64,000 nucleotides of DNA, from positions 1-64,000 of the IMG/VR virus record IMGVR_UViG_3300042549_004948; one strand, given 5' to 3'. The notes beneath the pieces were generated by a model that searched no databases, was not told the DNA's origin, and saw only the letters and a program-made list of their open reading frames with translations. Every line of letters starts with the position of its first letter. Within the stretch, counting starts at the first letter, position 1. Both the position numbers and the translations under genes were made by a program. Source of the stretch: a virus. Of the stretch, positions 20,251-29,278 are shown piece by piece.

Positions 20251-20496
20251 TTAATCCTGTAAATCGTCTTCTGATTTTACCCTTCTTAGTGGCCTAGATA
20301 ATTCTAACCATTTATCATAGTCGTACTTGATACCAAATAAATAGTATTCATCTGGCTTATTATGTCCTTTTAGATACATGATCGCGGGTCCGGTTGGACA
20401 GTGGGGTTTTACGATACCTTTATCGTCTTCGTAGATTTTAAGTATAATATTCTCTACTGTCTTAATAGTTCTATACTGCGGTTCTTTTTTAGCCAT
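20251..20496 (-). CDS. Hypothetical protein with HxxxGPA...EYYLFG motif
   Basis: 81 aa; preceded by TTGTATATT promoter-like motif. Confidence 0.65.
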   Translation of the reverse strand: MAKKEPQYRTIKTVENIILKIYEDDKGIVKPHCPTGPAIMYLKGHNKPDEYYLFGIKYDYDKWLELSRPLRRVKSEDDLQD

Positions 20497-20513
20497 AGAC
20501 TTAATTTATGATC

Positions 20514-20522
20514 AATATACAA
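20514..20522 (-). promoter_or_regulatory. Putative host-RNAP-type promoter core TTGTATATT
   Basis: Same core found at ~31869 and ~51170. Confidence 0.45.
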
Positions 20523-20539
20523 TAAAAATATAAACTAAA

Positions 20540-22066
20540 TTAATTAAAGTCTATAGTATTATCAAATTCTATATCGCTATCTTGTAAAGTATCTCCAAAT
20601 AAAAATTTAGTAAGAGAATATACTCCATTATCTATATAATCTTTAACTTTGTAAATATATGATTTTATAGTATCCATAACCCCTTCTTTTAGTTTAGTTG
20701 GATCTGATATTAAAGAAACAACGCTCCAAAATCTATATCTTCCTGTTTTTTCTCCTTTTAGTTTTTCAGAAGATGATTTAAATCTTACAGTTAATTTCAT
20801 CTGATCTGCTATCTTTGCTGCGTATCCTGAATTTTGAGTAGAATGCAATTTAGGGCTAGATAAATCTGGACTTACTGATAATACGTAATCAGCTGATGCA
20901 TCACTATTAGAACCAAATTTTTCATATCCTGACATTGCCTCTTGAGCAAACGCTATTTTAAATTCTGGGCTTTTATTAAAAAGATCTTCTAATTTACTAG
21001 ACATTTCTTTGTGGGCTTTATCTCCTGCCGTGAGCATTTTATTTTTACCTGATTTTAATCCAGCTTCTACTGCTCCAGATTTTGTATATCCTACTTCAAT
21101 AAATTTGTCAAATGTATCTAATACGGCTTTAGCTTCATCCGTCTCTAAAATACCAGGAACTTTTTTTGCCGCAGCATAGAAAGTAGCGACAGATTCATTT
21201 TTTCCTCCGGACATTAATTGAGAGTTTCCTACTTTTACAGATATCTTTTTATTTCCTAAAATAACATCTGTTTTAGGAGTTGTATTACTGGCTCCTTGAA
21301 TTTTCCAAAATTCAGTTAGTGTAGCTTTTTCTCCAGTTCTTCCTGTAGCTCTAGCAGATTTACCTTTTTGCAATCCTAAATCAATTATAGCCTCTTCAGC
21401 TTTTTTTACCATTGTTTTATTAGACTTCAGTTTGCTTAATTCATCTGGTAGTATTGCTCCTTTTGGAACAGGTATTCCATTGACTTTATACCAAGCATAA
21501 ACAAGAGCAGACTCAAATAAAGTTGCCTGTCCTGTTTCAGCCTCTTTCAATATAGCTTCTAATATTCTTGATTCTGTTAACTCCTCTCCGCCTTCTGGTT
21601 CAGATGTTTCTGATGGAGGTGTTGGTCCTGCTTCTTCTGTAGGACCTTCTTGATCTCTAGTAGCTTGTTCAGAACCTTCAGGACCTTTGGTCTTTAAAGG
21701 ATTTCCGTTCCTCAATATTCTTGAGATGGCAACCATGCATCTTTCTTTCTCGCCAATTGACATCAAATAATACTTCTTACCCTGAACAGTTGCTTCATAA
21801 GCCTTTCCCATGAACTGTAAAAAGAAGAATTCTCCATTATGAAGAACTACTTTAAATGTAGTTGGCTTAGGTGCTACTACATAAATTCCGGTTATATACT
21901 CCTCAAATGAAGGAGTCATTAAATACTCTAATGTATTCTTAAGACCTGCATATTTTTTCAATATAAACTGCATAGGATCATCCTCAAATGTAGAGGTTTC
22001 TGGCTCCATCCTATCTAACTCTTGTAAGAGTATAGTCTTTAGTATATCATGTTTTGACACAGGCAT
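20540..22066 (-). CDS. Two-part protein with C-terminal PD-(D/E)xK-like nuclease-fold domain
   Basis: N-domain, acidic Pro linker ending LTE/ILE/LKE, then E...TPKTD...KISVK motif. Confidence 0.55.
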   Translation of the reverse strand: MPVSKHDILKTILLQELDRMEPETSTFEDDPMQFILKKYAGLKNTLEYLMTPSFEEYITGIYVVAPKPTTFKVVLHNGEFFFLQFMGKAYEATVQGKKYYLMSIGEKERCMVAISRILRNGNPLKTKGPEGSEQATRDQEGPTEEAGPTPPSETSEPEGGEELTESRILEAILKEAETGQATLFESALVYAWYKVNGIPVPKGAILPDELSKLKSNKTMVKKAEEAIIDLGLQKGKSARATGRTGEKATLTEFWKIQGASNTTPKTDVILGNKKISVKVGNSQLMSGGKNESVATFYAAAKKVPGILETDEAKAVLDTFDKFIEVGYTKSGAVEAGLKSGKNKMLTAGDKAHKEMSSKLEDLFNKSPEFKIAFAQEAMSGYEKFGSNSDASADYVLSVSPDLSSPKLHSTQNSGYAAKIADQMKLTVRFKSSSEKLKGEKTGRYRFWSVVSLISDPTKLKEGVMDTIKSYIYKVKDYIDNGVYSLTKFLFGDTLQDSDIEFDNTIDFN

Positions 22067-22069
22067 AAT

Positions 22070-22546
22070 TTATTTTCTCTTCTTTTTACCTTTACCTATT
22101 TCCATTAAACTTTGAAGACTCATCTCCATATCTTCTGCATCTCCGGCTGGTAGTTCTTCTGTTCCATCAGGAAGTTCATCCATATCATGTTCGCCTCCAT
22201 TATATTCATGGTAGTTTTTAGAAGCTTGATTAATAAAGTTCTCGGCATTTGTAATATGATCTTGAATCCAAGCAGGAACGTCTTTCTCATCTTGGCCTAA
22301 CAAGTTCATTAATTGACTTGCCGAACTTATAATAGACTTAAGACTATTCTGAGCCATTGACACTTCATGGTCTTGGCCTTCACCTTCTTTCTTCATGCCT
22401 TTCTTTGCACGAAGTGCTTTAAAGTCAGCAGCTGTTATTTTATCTTTTGGTTCTGCAGCTCCTGCAATTTTTTCTTGATTTCCAGGAAGGTCTTTTTCGT
22501 TTAGCTCTCTCATTAAGATAGCTTTAAAGAATGCAATACTATTCAT
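22070..22546 (-). CDS. Hypothetical modular protein
   Basis: Likely start MNSIAFFK at 22546; KITAADFKALR and DHEVSMA...PAWIQDHIT modules. Confidence 0.7.
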   Translation of the reverse strand: MNSIAFFKAILMRELNEKDLPGNQEKIAGAAEPKDKITAADFKALRAKKGMKKEGEGQDHEVSMAQNSLKSIISSASQLMNLLGQDEKDVPAWIQDHITNAENFINQASKNYHEYNGGEHDMDELPDGTEELPAGDAEDMEMSLQSLMEIGKGKKKRK

Positions 22547-22547
22547 T

Positions 22548-22835
22548 TTATTTTTTCTTTTTAGATTTTTGTGCTCTTTTCCATAACTTAGCATCTGCTT
22601 TTCTAGCACCGCCTTTGCCTGTTATAAAACTATTCACTCTACCCATTCCCCACTGATGTTGACCGGCTCCTGGTCTATGTCCTGTTTTCCAGGCAGCAAG
22701 ACCTAAAGCATATACGCTTTTAAGTATAGATTTAGATATCCCAGAGGCTTTAGCTTTATTTGCTAATCCTTTTTCTACTGCGGCGTCATACTCAAGGAGT
22801 AGTAACTGCTTTAATATATCTAAATTATTTATCAT
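22548..22835 (-). CDS. Small basic protein (DUF5824-like)
   Basis: KAKASGIS...VY..GLAAWKTGHRPG...QWGMGRVNSF motif. Confidence 0.65.
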   Translation of the reverse strand: MINNLDILKQLLLLEYDAAVEKGLANKAKASGISKSILKSVYALGLAAWKTGHRPGAGQHQWGMGRVNSFITGKGGARKADAKLWKRAQKSKKKK

Positions 22836-23107
22836 TTTTTTTTCTTTTTGTCTAGTTTTTTTTTGACTATCTCTCTAGTTCTATCCATCTTTCTGGCATA
22901 AGCAGGGTCGTCCTTCTTATTAAAGTTGGCTTGTTGATTTAGTGAGCCTGTTATCTTACTCATATTACCTTTTCTAGTTTTGATTAACCAGTTAGCTAAC
23001 TTTTCTGCTGATAACTCTTTAAACTTTCCTTTTGCCTCTGGTGCATTGGAATGCTGAAACTTTAGTCTCTCTTCAAATAACTGTTGTAGTAATTCGTGAA
23101 GCTTCAT
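22832..23107 (-). CDS. Small basic hypothetical protein
   Basis: MKLHELLQQLFEE leader; ATGA overlap. Confidence 0.65.
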   Translation of the reverse strand: MKLHELLQQLFEERLKFQHSNAPEAKGKFKELSAEKLANWLIKTRKGNMSKITGSLNQQANFNKKDDPAYARKMDRTREIVKKKLDKKKKK

Positions 23108-23649
23108 TACTTTTCTTTTTTACCAAATCTTTTTGCATACGCAATAGTTGCAGCAGACTTTCTAGTCTTATACTTCTTTGTTTTATCTTTATCTATATAA
23201 TCGGCATCCCATTTACCATAAGCTGCAGGATCATCTGATTTTAGGTTCTTTCTTGCTTTTATATCTTTTTTCATCTGCGCAGCATCTTTAGTAAGATATG
23301 CAGCATTAACCTTACCTGTTTTCTTTGCCTCACTTATTCTAACACAATTAGGAACCATTCTATTCCCTTTCTTTTTCATACCGTCTTGTCTGTATCCATC
23401 CCAACAAGCCTCGTTTAAATTATGAAGTCCTAGATCTTTTAGTTTCTCATCAAAATCGGCTTTATCCATACCTTGAATAATATCCAAAATAGAATCTATA
23501 GGAGCTTCAGTTTGGCCAGCAAATGCTATTGATATTTCTCTTGCTTTATTAGGATTTCTTTTGTAGGAATCTATAATATTTTGCACTCCCCAATCATTTA
23601 ATCCCATTTCAGAGACCATTTCTTTTAATATGTCTTTTAACTTTATCAT
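23107..23649 (-). CDS. Modular hypothetical protein with CWxGY...MVPNCV motif
   Basis: MIKLKDILKE leader; LNE|ACWDGYRQDGMKKKGNRMVPNCVRISE module. Confidence 0.7.
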   Translation of the reverse strand: MIKLKDILKEMVSEMGLNDWGVQNIIDSYKRNPNKAREISIAFAGQTEAPIDSILDIIQGMDKADFDEKLKDLGLHNLNEACWDGYRQDGMKKKGNRMVPNCVRISEAKKTGKVNAAYLTKDAAQMKKDIKARKNLKSDDPAAYGKWDADYIDKDKTKKYKTRKSAATIAYAKRFGKKEK

Positions 23650-23963
23650 TTGTTTCTTATGATTAGCTCTCCTAATACCTCCATGCGTCCAACTTCACGT
23701 TGAAATTCAATTTGTGTCATATTTAATGATATGCTTTTTAATGTTTTTTCAAATTCTTTCACAGCAGCTTCTTTATCGAATTTACCCTCTTCTGCTTTTT
23801 TATAATAAGGAGCTTTTACTTTAAAATGATGCCATGTTAATAATGACAACCCACCTTTCTCTTCAGCAGTAGCTGCAATTTTAGCAGCGCCTTTAGCACG
23901 AGTAATAGCAAAATTTTCAAATGTTTCTTTTACTTCAGTTAGAATGTCCTTTAACTTAATCAA
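23646..23963 (-). CDS. Hypothetical protein
   Basis: TTG start, MIKLKDILTE leader. Confidence 0.65.
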   Translation of the reverse strand: MIKLKDILTEVKETFENFAITRAKGAAKIAATAEEKGGLSLLTWHHFKVKAPYYKKAEEGKFDKEAAVKEFEKTLKSISLNMTQIEFQREVGRMEVLGELIIRNK

Positions 23964-24219
23964 TTTTAGTTATTTTAATTTTTAAAGGTCCAGTCCCTTT
24001 AATAGTCCTGTGCCAAATATACTTTGGTATAAATATCGGCCTATCGATTAAAGTTGGGAGCTCGTTGTCTAATTGTACTTGCCAGTCTGTAGATTCTATG
24101 GCCTCTACTATCCTGTCTTCTTGATCTCTATGCCACATGAGTTCAATAGGATCTATATCTTGATCAAAAACCCTAGTAATTGTTTTATTTTCTTGTTGTA
24201 TGTCCTGGTACGGTTTCAT
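23956..24219 (-). CDS. Small cupin-like protein
   Basis: ELMWHRDQEDR...WQVQLDNELP...FIPKYIWHRTIKG. Confidence 0.65.
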   Translation of the reverse strand: MKPYQDIQQENKTITRVFDQDIDPIELMWHRDQEDRIVEAIESTDWQVQLDNELPTLIDRPIFIPKYIWHRTIKGTGPLKIKITKID

Positions 24220-24823
24220 TTATATCATAGTAATAAGAGTCAGAATCTTCAGATACCCACCTATCAGAAACAGACTCTACATTTAATAGTTCAGTATCTA
24301 CCTTGATCATTTTAGGATCTACAGGAAACTCTTTAGTTATCCAGTTAGAGTCTTTCCAGTATATTCTATTGTTAGGCATACACATCAAATAACCATCGTC
24401 TGCCACTAAAACATGGCCACATTTATAGTCTGATGGTTCGTTTGAATAGGTATTGTTTTGCCAATCTATAGTTATTAAATATGTTGCCCAGACAAGGGTT
24501 TTATCTCTCAACATAACTTTACACCTCTTATCTTTTAGAAAATCGTATTTGATAACTGCCGCATCTGGGCCAAAGCAATCCCATAATTGTTTGAAATAGT
24601 ACGGAATGTCTTTAGTCGGAGGCTTTATGTATATCTCAGAAATAGGAACTCTACTTCTAAGCATGCCATAATCAGTCATCACATGAAATGTAAGTATCTT
24701 AGCATCTGCAGATTGAACTCCAAAAGCATAACAATTGTGAAAGACATTATCGTCTTTTATATTTTTTGTAAAGTAAGATTGCTTAACAAGGCATTTAAAG
24801 CCTTCTATATTATAGTTTAGCAT
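24185..24823 (-). CDS. Conserved phage hypothetical protein
   Basis: LTFHVMTDYG, QLWDCF, YLITIDW, KCGH, PNNRIYW motifs. Confidence 0.7.
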   Translation of the reverse strand: MLNYNIEGFKCLVKQSYFTKNIKDDNVFHNCYAFGVQSADAKILTFHVMTDYGMLRSRVPISEIYIKPPTKDIPYYFKQLWDCFGPDAAVIKYDFLKDKRCKVMLRDKTLVWATYLITIDWQNNTYSNEPSDYKCGHVLVADDGYLMCMPNNRIYWKDSNWITKEFPVDPKMIKVDTELLNVESVSDRWVSEDSDSYYYDINETVPGHTTRK

Positions 24824-24840
24824 AACTCTGTCCTAATTTA

Positions 24841-25347
24841 TTAAAGTTTAATAGGAGCATAACCAGATCCATATGGAGCAGCTTTGCCTGATTGTGGATC
24901 TGATGTTTCTTTTATTTTATTTAAACGCTGTGTTTTTTCTTTAGATGCTTCTTTACGTTTTTCTATATATTCTAAAGCTTTTTTTAATCTGCTTTTAACT
25001 TCAGGATTCTTAGAGTTTTTATAAGCCGCTCTAACTCTTTGATGTACAAGATTTATAATCTGTGATTGTCTAGCGTGAGATTTTGATTTAAAATCACTTT
25101 TAGATAACGTGTCTCTTATATCTTGAACAGTCTTAAATTTTACCTTAACAGTATCTTTAGGATTCTCATCTGTGTAAAGCCTTCTATCAGATCCTTTTGG
25201 TTTTTTTCCTGTTCCTTTTTTAGGATCTGCTTCAGTTATATCAGGATCATTAGTCCAGGTATCAGACGCTTTGTATCTAACCTTCTTAACCATATTTGCT
25301 CTATATGGTGGATACATCTCATTTAATATGTCAATTAGTTTTATCAT
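24841..25347 (-). CDS. Hypothetical basic protein (LYTDENP motif)
   Basis: MIKLIDILNE leader; ITE|ADPKKGTGKKPKGS and IKE|TSDPQSGKAAPYGSGY modules. Confidence 0.7.
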   Translation of the reverse strand: MIKLIDILNEMYPPYRANMVKKVRYKASDTWTNDPDITEADPKKGTGKKPKGSDRRLYTDENPKDTVKVKFKTVQDIRDTLSKSDFKSKSHARQSQIINLVHQRVRAAYKNSKNPEVKSRLKKALEYIEKRKEASKEKTQRLNKIKETSDPQSGKAAPYGSGYAPIKL

Positions 25348-25350
25348 ATA

Positions 25351-26196
25351 CTACCAAAATCCTGAGAAGTTGGATTTCAACCCTATTAGTTTTGCATATC
25401 TTGGAAGCCTACAAGACCAATACCTTGCGCTTGTTTTATCTTTAGCTTGTGCACATTTATGTCTTGCTGCAAAACTCTTTCTTGCTGCTGGATTATTAAT
25501 CTTAGCAGACAATCCTGATGTATCTCCGAATGATACTTTTTTTATACCGCCATCTGGCTTGCGTACATAAACGTAGAACTTCTTTGAACCTCCACGCTTT
25601 GGCTTATTTAATTCAGGTTGTTTCTTTTTCGCTTTTACTTCTAACAAAAAGTCAATAGTCATCGGGAAATCAAGAGGTACTTTTACCCCATTATACTGTC
25701 CACAATTTCCTAGTTCTGTATTCTTAAAGTACCAACTGTCTTGTTCTGATAGTTGTAATTTCCCACTATCATATAAAGATCTAGCCTCTTCAAATAGCTC
25801 AAGAAATTTTGTTGATTGAGGGCGGTAAATTGATTCGTTAAGATCAATCTTATTTTGTAAGTGATAGTTAAGCCCTTCTGATATTAATAGTCTATTAGCT
25901 GTTTCATGAAGCTGAATTTGTCTTGAACAGCAATCTTCATTTAAACTATTGTTTGTACCACATTTATGACAAATATAAGGATCTTTTCCTCCATCAGATA
26001 GTTTCCATTCCCAACCACAATTTTTACATTTGATCATTTCTGCTTCTTCAAGACCTGCCTTAACTAATTTATCATAGTATTTAGGATCTTCTTTAATATG
26101 ATCCATAGCAATTTTTAAAGCCACTTTTGGATCATTAGTATGTTCCATTTCAACTTTAACGCCTTTCTTGATTTGCTTAAGTAAGGCCTTATCCAT
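25351..26196 (-). CDS. Multi-module protein: DUF5661-like + Zn ribbon + DUF6321-like
   Basis: GVKVEMEHT...IAMDH.KEDPKYY; CKNC...CHKC; KKFYVYV...VSFGD...SFAARHKC...ARYWSC. Confidence 0.7.
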   Translation of the reverse strand: MDKALLKQIKKGVKVEMEHTNDPKVALKIAMDHIKEDPKYYDKLVKAGLEEAEMIKCKNCGWEWKLSDGGKDPYICHKCGTNNSLNEDCCSRQIQLHETANRLLISEGLNYHLQNKIDLNESIYRPQSTKFLELFEEARSLYDSGKLQLSEQDSWYFKNTELGNCGQYNGVKVPLDFPMTIDFLLEVKAKKKQPELNKPKRGGSKKFYVYVRKPDGGIKKVSFGDTSGLSAKINNPAARKSFAARHKCAQAKDKTSARYWSCRLPRYAKLIGLKSNFSGFW

Positions 26197-26567
26197 TATT
26201 GTAAAAATTTAAGCTTATACTTTGTAGATTCAATAAGATCAACGATCTCATCTACTTGATTTTGTATGTAAGAATCCTGAGGTATTTGTTTTCTGATACC
26301 TTCAACGAATTTAGAAAGACCGTCAAAATACATTCTAGCATTATTGTCTTCTCTGATAGTATCGGCCATTCTATAGCCAGTTATAATACCATAGCGTCCT
26401 TGAATACCTTCAGCTAAGCCGTCTATTTTATCTACAATCTCATCGTAGTATTTATTTAAAGCTTTGTGGGCTGCATAAGATCCAACTCCTTGTACTTGAA
26501 GGTGGTATATATGAGCTTGATTTCTGCTCTGCATTAATGTTCCTAAAAGTAGTCCTACTGATTCCAT
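26196..26567 (-). CDS. Ferritin/Dps-like four-helix protein (DUF5856-like)
   Basis: AHIYHLQ...SYAAHKALNKYYD...DGLAE..QGRYG...QNQVDEI...TKYKL. Confidence 0.75.
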   Translation of the reverse strand: MESVGLLLGTLMQSRNQAHIYHLQVQGVGSYAAHKALNKYYDEIVDKIDGLAEGIQGRYGIITGYRMADTIREDNNARMYFDGLSKFVEGIRKQIPQDSYIQNQVDEIVDLIESTKYKLKFLQ

Positions 26568-27202
26568 TACTTTTCTTTTTTATCTTCTGCTTTTGCTATT
26601 TGTTTCTTAGATTTTTCAATCTTTTCCATCTTGGTCATAAGATCATCGATCTGTCCTGCTATCTTTGCAATGCCCTCTTTATGTTTAGAAGCATTCTTAG
26701 GATCTTCTTTAGCCATATCAACATGCTCCTTACGCTTCTTTTCTAGTTGATCGATAACCTTCTTGAGTTTATCTCCAACTTTACCTTTCTTTTCTTCTAG
26801 TTGTAAAGCTTCATCACAATATGCTTTATACGCTTCTACAGCGATTCTTCTTGCTTCTGTTTCATCGTCATGTACTGAATAAACATCATGCATTCCTATT
26901 CCTTTTTCTTGAATTCCCATTAAAGGGTTGATCTCAAGAACCATATCAGATTCTGGAAGTTCACCGGAAGGCTTACGAACAACATACATACTAGGAGTTC
27001 CCATGTTTTCTTTCTTAGTCTTTTTAACTTTTTTAGGTAGGCCTTTATGTTTAGTTGAGGCAAAATCTTCTACGTCTCCTTTTTTCATTGATTTAGCCAT
27101 TTCTTTTGCTTTTTCTGATGCTTTTCCGGGTTTCATATCTCCTGTTTGTAAGGCTCTAACGATACCCATTAATTTTTGTTGTTGTTGAGATGTAGCTGGC
27201 AT
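26567..27202 (-). CDS. Protein with N-terminal DUF3008-like domain
   Basis: MPATSQQQQKLMG...DFASTKHKGLPKKV; late motif upstream. Confidence 0.65.
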   Translation of the reverse strand: MPATSQQQQKLMGIVRALQTGDMKPGKASEKAKEMAKSMKKGDVEDFASTKHKGLPKKVKKTKKENMGTPSMYVVRKPSGELPESDMVLEINPLMGIQEKGIGMHDVYSVHDDETEARRIAVEAYKAYCDEALQLEEKKGKVGDKLKKVIDQLEKKRKEHVDMAKEDPKNASKHKEGIAKIAGQIDDLMTKMEKIEKSKKQIAKAEDKKEK

Positions 27203-27216
27203 ATACTCTAAATTTA

Positions 27217-27795
27217 CTAATAAATATCCTTGTTCTTCAGTTCTTCTATTTTCTTTTTAACCTCGTCGTACATCTTAGCCTTATCTCCGCCAGACCAGGA
27301 TTCTATATCTCCTGCCTCTGAAACAAATGTATCTTTATCTAACATCCATGATTCTACTGCCTGTTCAAACTCTTCTAGGCTAGCGTTCTTATTGGCATTT
27401 ATAACATTTTTGGCGTATTCATCCCATTTGCCTTCTAGCTTTATTTTACTTTCCATATCTACCACACAATCTAAACACATCTTATGAATAGAGAACATCT
27501 TCTTATTGAGATCATTGTCTTTCATTGACTTTTTACAACTAGGACAACATAGAGGTAGGTGAACTAAGTACTTGAATTTGTCTAACTTCGTAATGGACTG
27601 TTTGATGTTATTCTTTATAGTCCAGACTTTGCCATTCTCTTCCCAGGTGTCTCCTTCTTTATGCTCATCTTTTTTATTTTCCCAACCTCCAATTATTTGA
27701 GTCCTATCACCAGATTTACCTGTTATTAGGTTTCTCATTCTTTGAACATCACTTTTCTTAAACTCTTTCTTCAGCGTAGACTCTTTAGGTATCAT
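27217..27795 (-). CDS. Hypothetical Zn-finger protein
   Basis: HKEGDTWEENGKVW, CPSC...CLDC. Confidence 0.7.
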   Translation of the reverse strand: MIPKESTLKKEFKKSDVQRMRNLITGKSGDRTQIIGGWENKKDEHKEGDTWEENGKVWTIKNNIKQSITKLDKFKYLVHLPLCCPSCKKSMKDNDLNKKMFSIHKMCLDCVVDMESKIKLEGKWDEYAKNVINANKNASLEEFEQAVESWMLDKDTFVSEAGDIESWSGGDKAKMYDEVKKKIEELKNKDIY

Positions 27796-27797
27796 AA

Positions 27798-28691
27798 CTA
27801 CTTTATTCTAAATTTACTTAATATATCTTTTGTTTTATTAATATCTTTATGCAATATTGAAATACCTCCCAGAGCTTTCCATGGAGCCAAGTTTGGCCAA
27901 TAGTCATCTATTAGCATAGAGTTCTTTGGATCTGAAGTTAGATATTCATGCTTATTTCCTGTTTGGGCAAATAATATTTTCTTTGGTTGTGGATTAAGAT
28001 TTTTTTCTACCCATATCTTCTTTCCTTCTTTTGCATATAAAAACTTACTAGGACTAGTTAGAATGATAGGTCTATATTTACCTATAATAGACCAAAGTTC
28101 TTGACCTCCAGGCATCCAATTCATCTTGCTCCAGAATTCAACACCAGCCTCATTTACGGCATCTTCAAATCCTTTAGCTCCTTTTTCTCCTCTATATTCC
28201 ATAGGCATAACTCCATAATAATGTTCAAATCTATCATCAAAATCGCAGAGAACTCCATCCATATCACAATAGATTTGTATTCCTCTTGAATCTTGTGCTT
28301 CGTATATCTGCTTAAGGGATGGCATTAAATGCTCATAGATCATGTCGTGATTCTTACCAAATTCACGCATCATCATTCCTGCTAAAGCATTAGCTTGATT
28401 CTCTATATTTGAGCCAGTCTTTCCAGAATCGGCCACAAGCATATTCAATTCTCTTTGTCTATGATGAACTAATTCGTGGCCTAGAGTTCTAAGTATATCA
28501 GCTAAATTACGATTCCCGGTATATACTTCTAGTCTATTTGTATCAGGAGAATATTGACCAAAACTCTTTCTTTCTACTGCCCACTCGCGATCGTTTGTAA
28601 ATTCTATAATAGGGAGCTTATTAATATTAAGCTGGTCTTTACAAAATTGTATAAACTCTTCAATTATATTTTGTCTTTGTTGATCTATCAT
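27798..28691 (-). CDS. Fusion: HExxH Zn-metallopeptidase-like domain + HAD 5'(3')-deoxyribonucleotidase
   Basis: RTLGHELVH...ENQANA; IYCDMDGVLCDF, ILTSP, K..W, LIDD. Confidence 0.8.
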   Translation of the reverse strand: MIDQQRQNIIEEFIQFCKDQLNINKLPIIEFTNDREWAVERKSFGQYSPDTNRLEVYTGNRNLADILRTLGHELVHHRQRELNMLVADSGKTGSNIENQANALAGMMMREFGKNHDMIYEHLMPSLKQIYEAQDSRGIQIYCDMDGVLCDFDDRFEHYYGVMPMEYRGEKGAKGFEDAVNEAGVEFWSKMNWMPGGQELWSIIGKYRPIILTSPSKFLYAKEGKKIWVEKNLNPQPKKILFAQTGNKHEYLTSDPKNSMLIDDYWPNLAPWKALGGISILHKDINKTKDILSKFRIK

Positions 28692-29278
28692 TTCATTATT
28701 TTCAACAGTCTTCCAAATACATCTTTTGTGACTCCTTTATTATATGCTGCATCTGGTATAAACTTTTCGAACTCTTCGTAATTACCATCTTTTATATATG
28801 ATCTCATTTGAGTTGAGCTAATTCTTTCAAACTGATCTGGTATAATTTCTTTTCTAACTTTATTAGGAAATCTTTTTTGTATAGAATCGAAATACCCTAT
28901 ACCTTCAACTTCTTCTGTTGCGCCGGCAACATAGATAGGGTCTACATCCGGGTTTTCTGCCATGAAAGAGAAGACATCTTTTATAGGAGTCGATTCTTTA
29001 GATATCGATACGCTAATTTTAGGATTAGGTTCTGCATTAAGATACTGTTTCCATATTTGAAAAGAGTCTTCAGCAGTAATGCCATACTTAGTAACATTAG
29101 AAATAATAACATATACTTTATTTATATACGGTTTAGATGCTAAGTATTTTGCTGCTTCAAAGTGTCCTTTATGAGGAGGCTTAAATTTACCAGGATAAAA
29201 ACAAGGTCCTACATCAGAAGACGCTTCTTTTAATATATCTTCGGCTATTTGACGGCCTAATTGTTCTGGATTAATCAT
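28688..29278 (-). CDS. HIGH-superfamily (cytidylyl/adenylyl) nucleotidyltransferase-like protein
   Basis: YPGKFKPPHKGH and ISSTQMR motifs. Confidence 0.8.
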   Translation of the reverse strand: MINPEQLGRQIAEDILKEASSDVGPCFYPGKFKPPHKGHFEAAKYLASKPYINKVYVIISNVTKYGITAEDSFQIWKQYLNAEPNPKISVSISKESTPIKDVFSFMAENPDVDPIYVAGATEEVEGIGYFDSIQKRFPNKVRKEIIPDQFERISSTQMRSYIKDGNYEEFEKFIPDAAYNKGVTKDVFGRLLKIMK

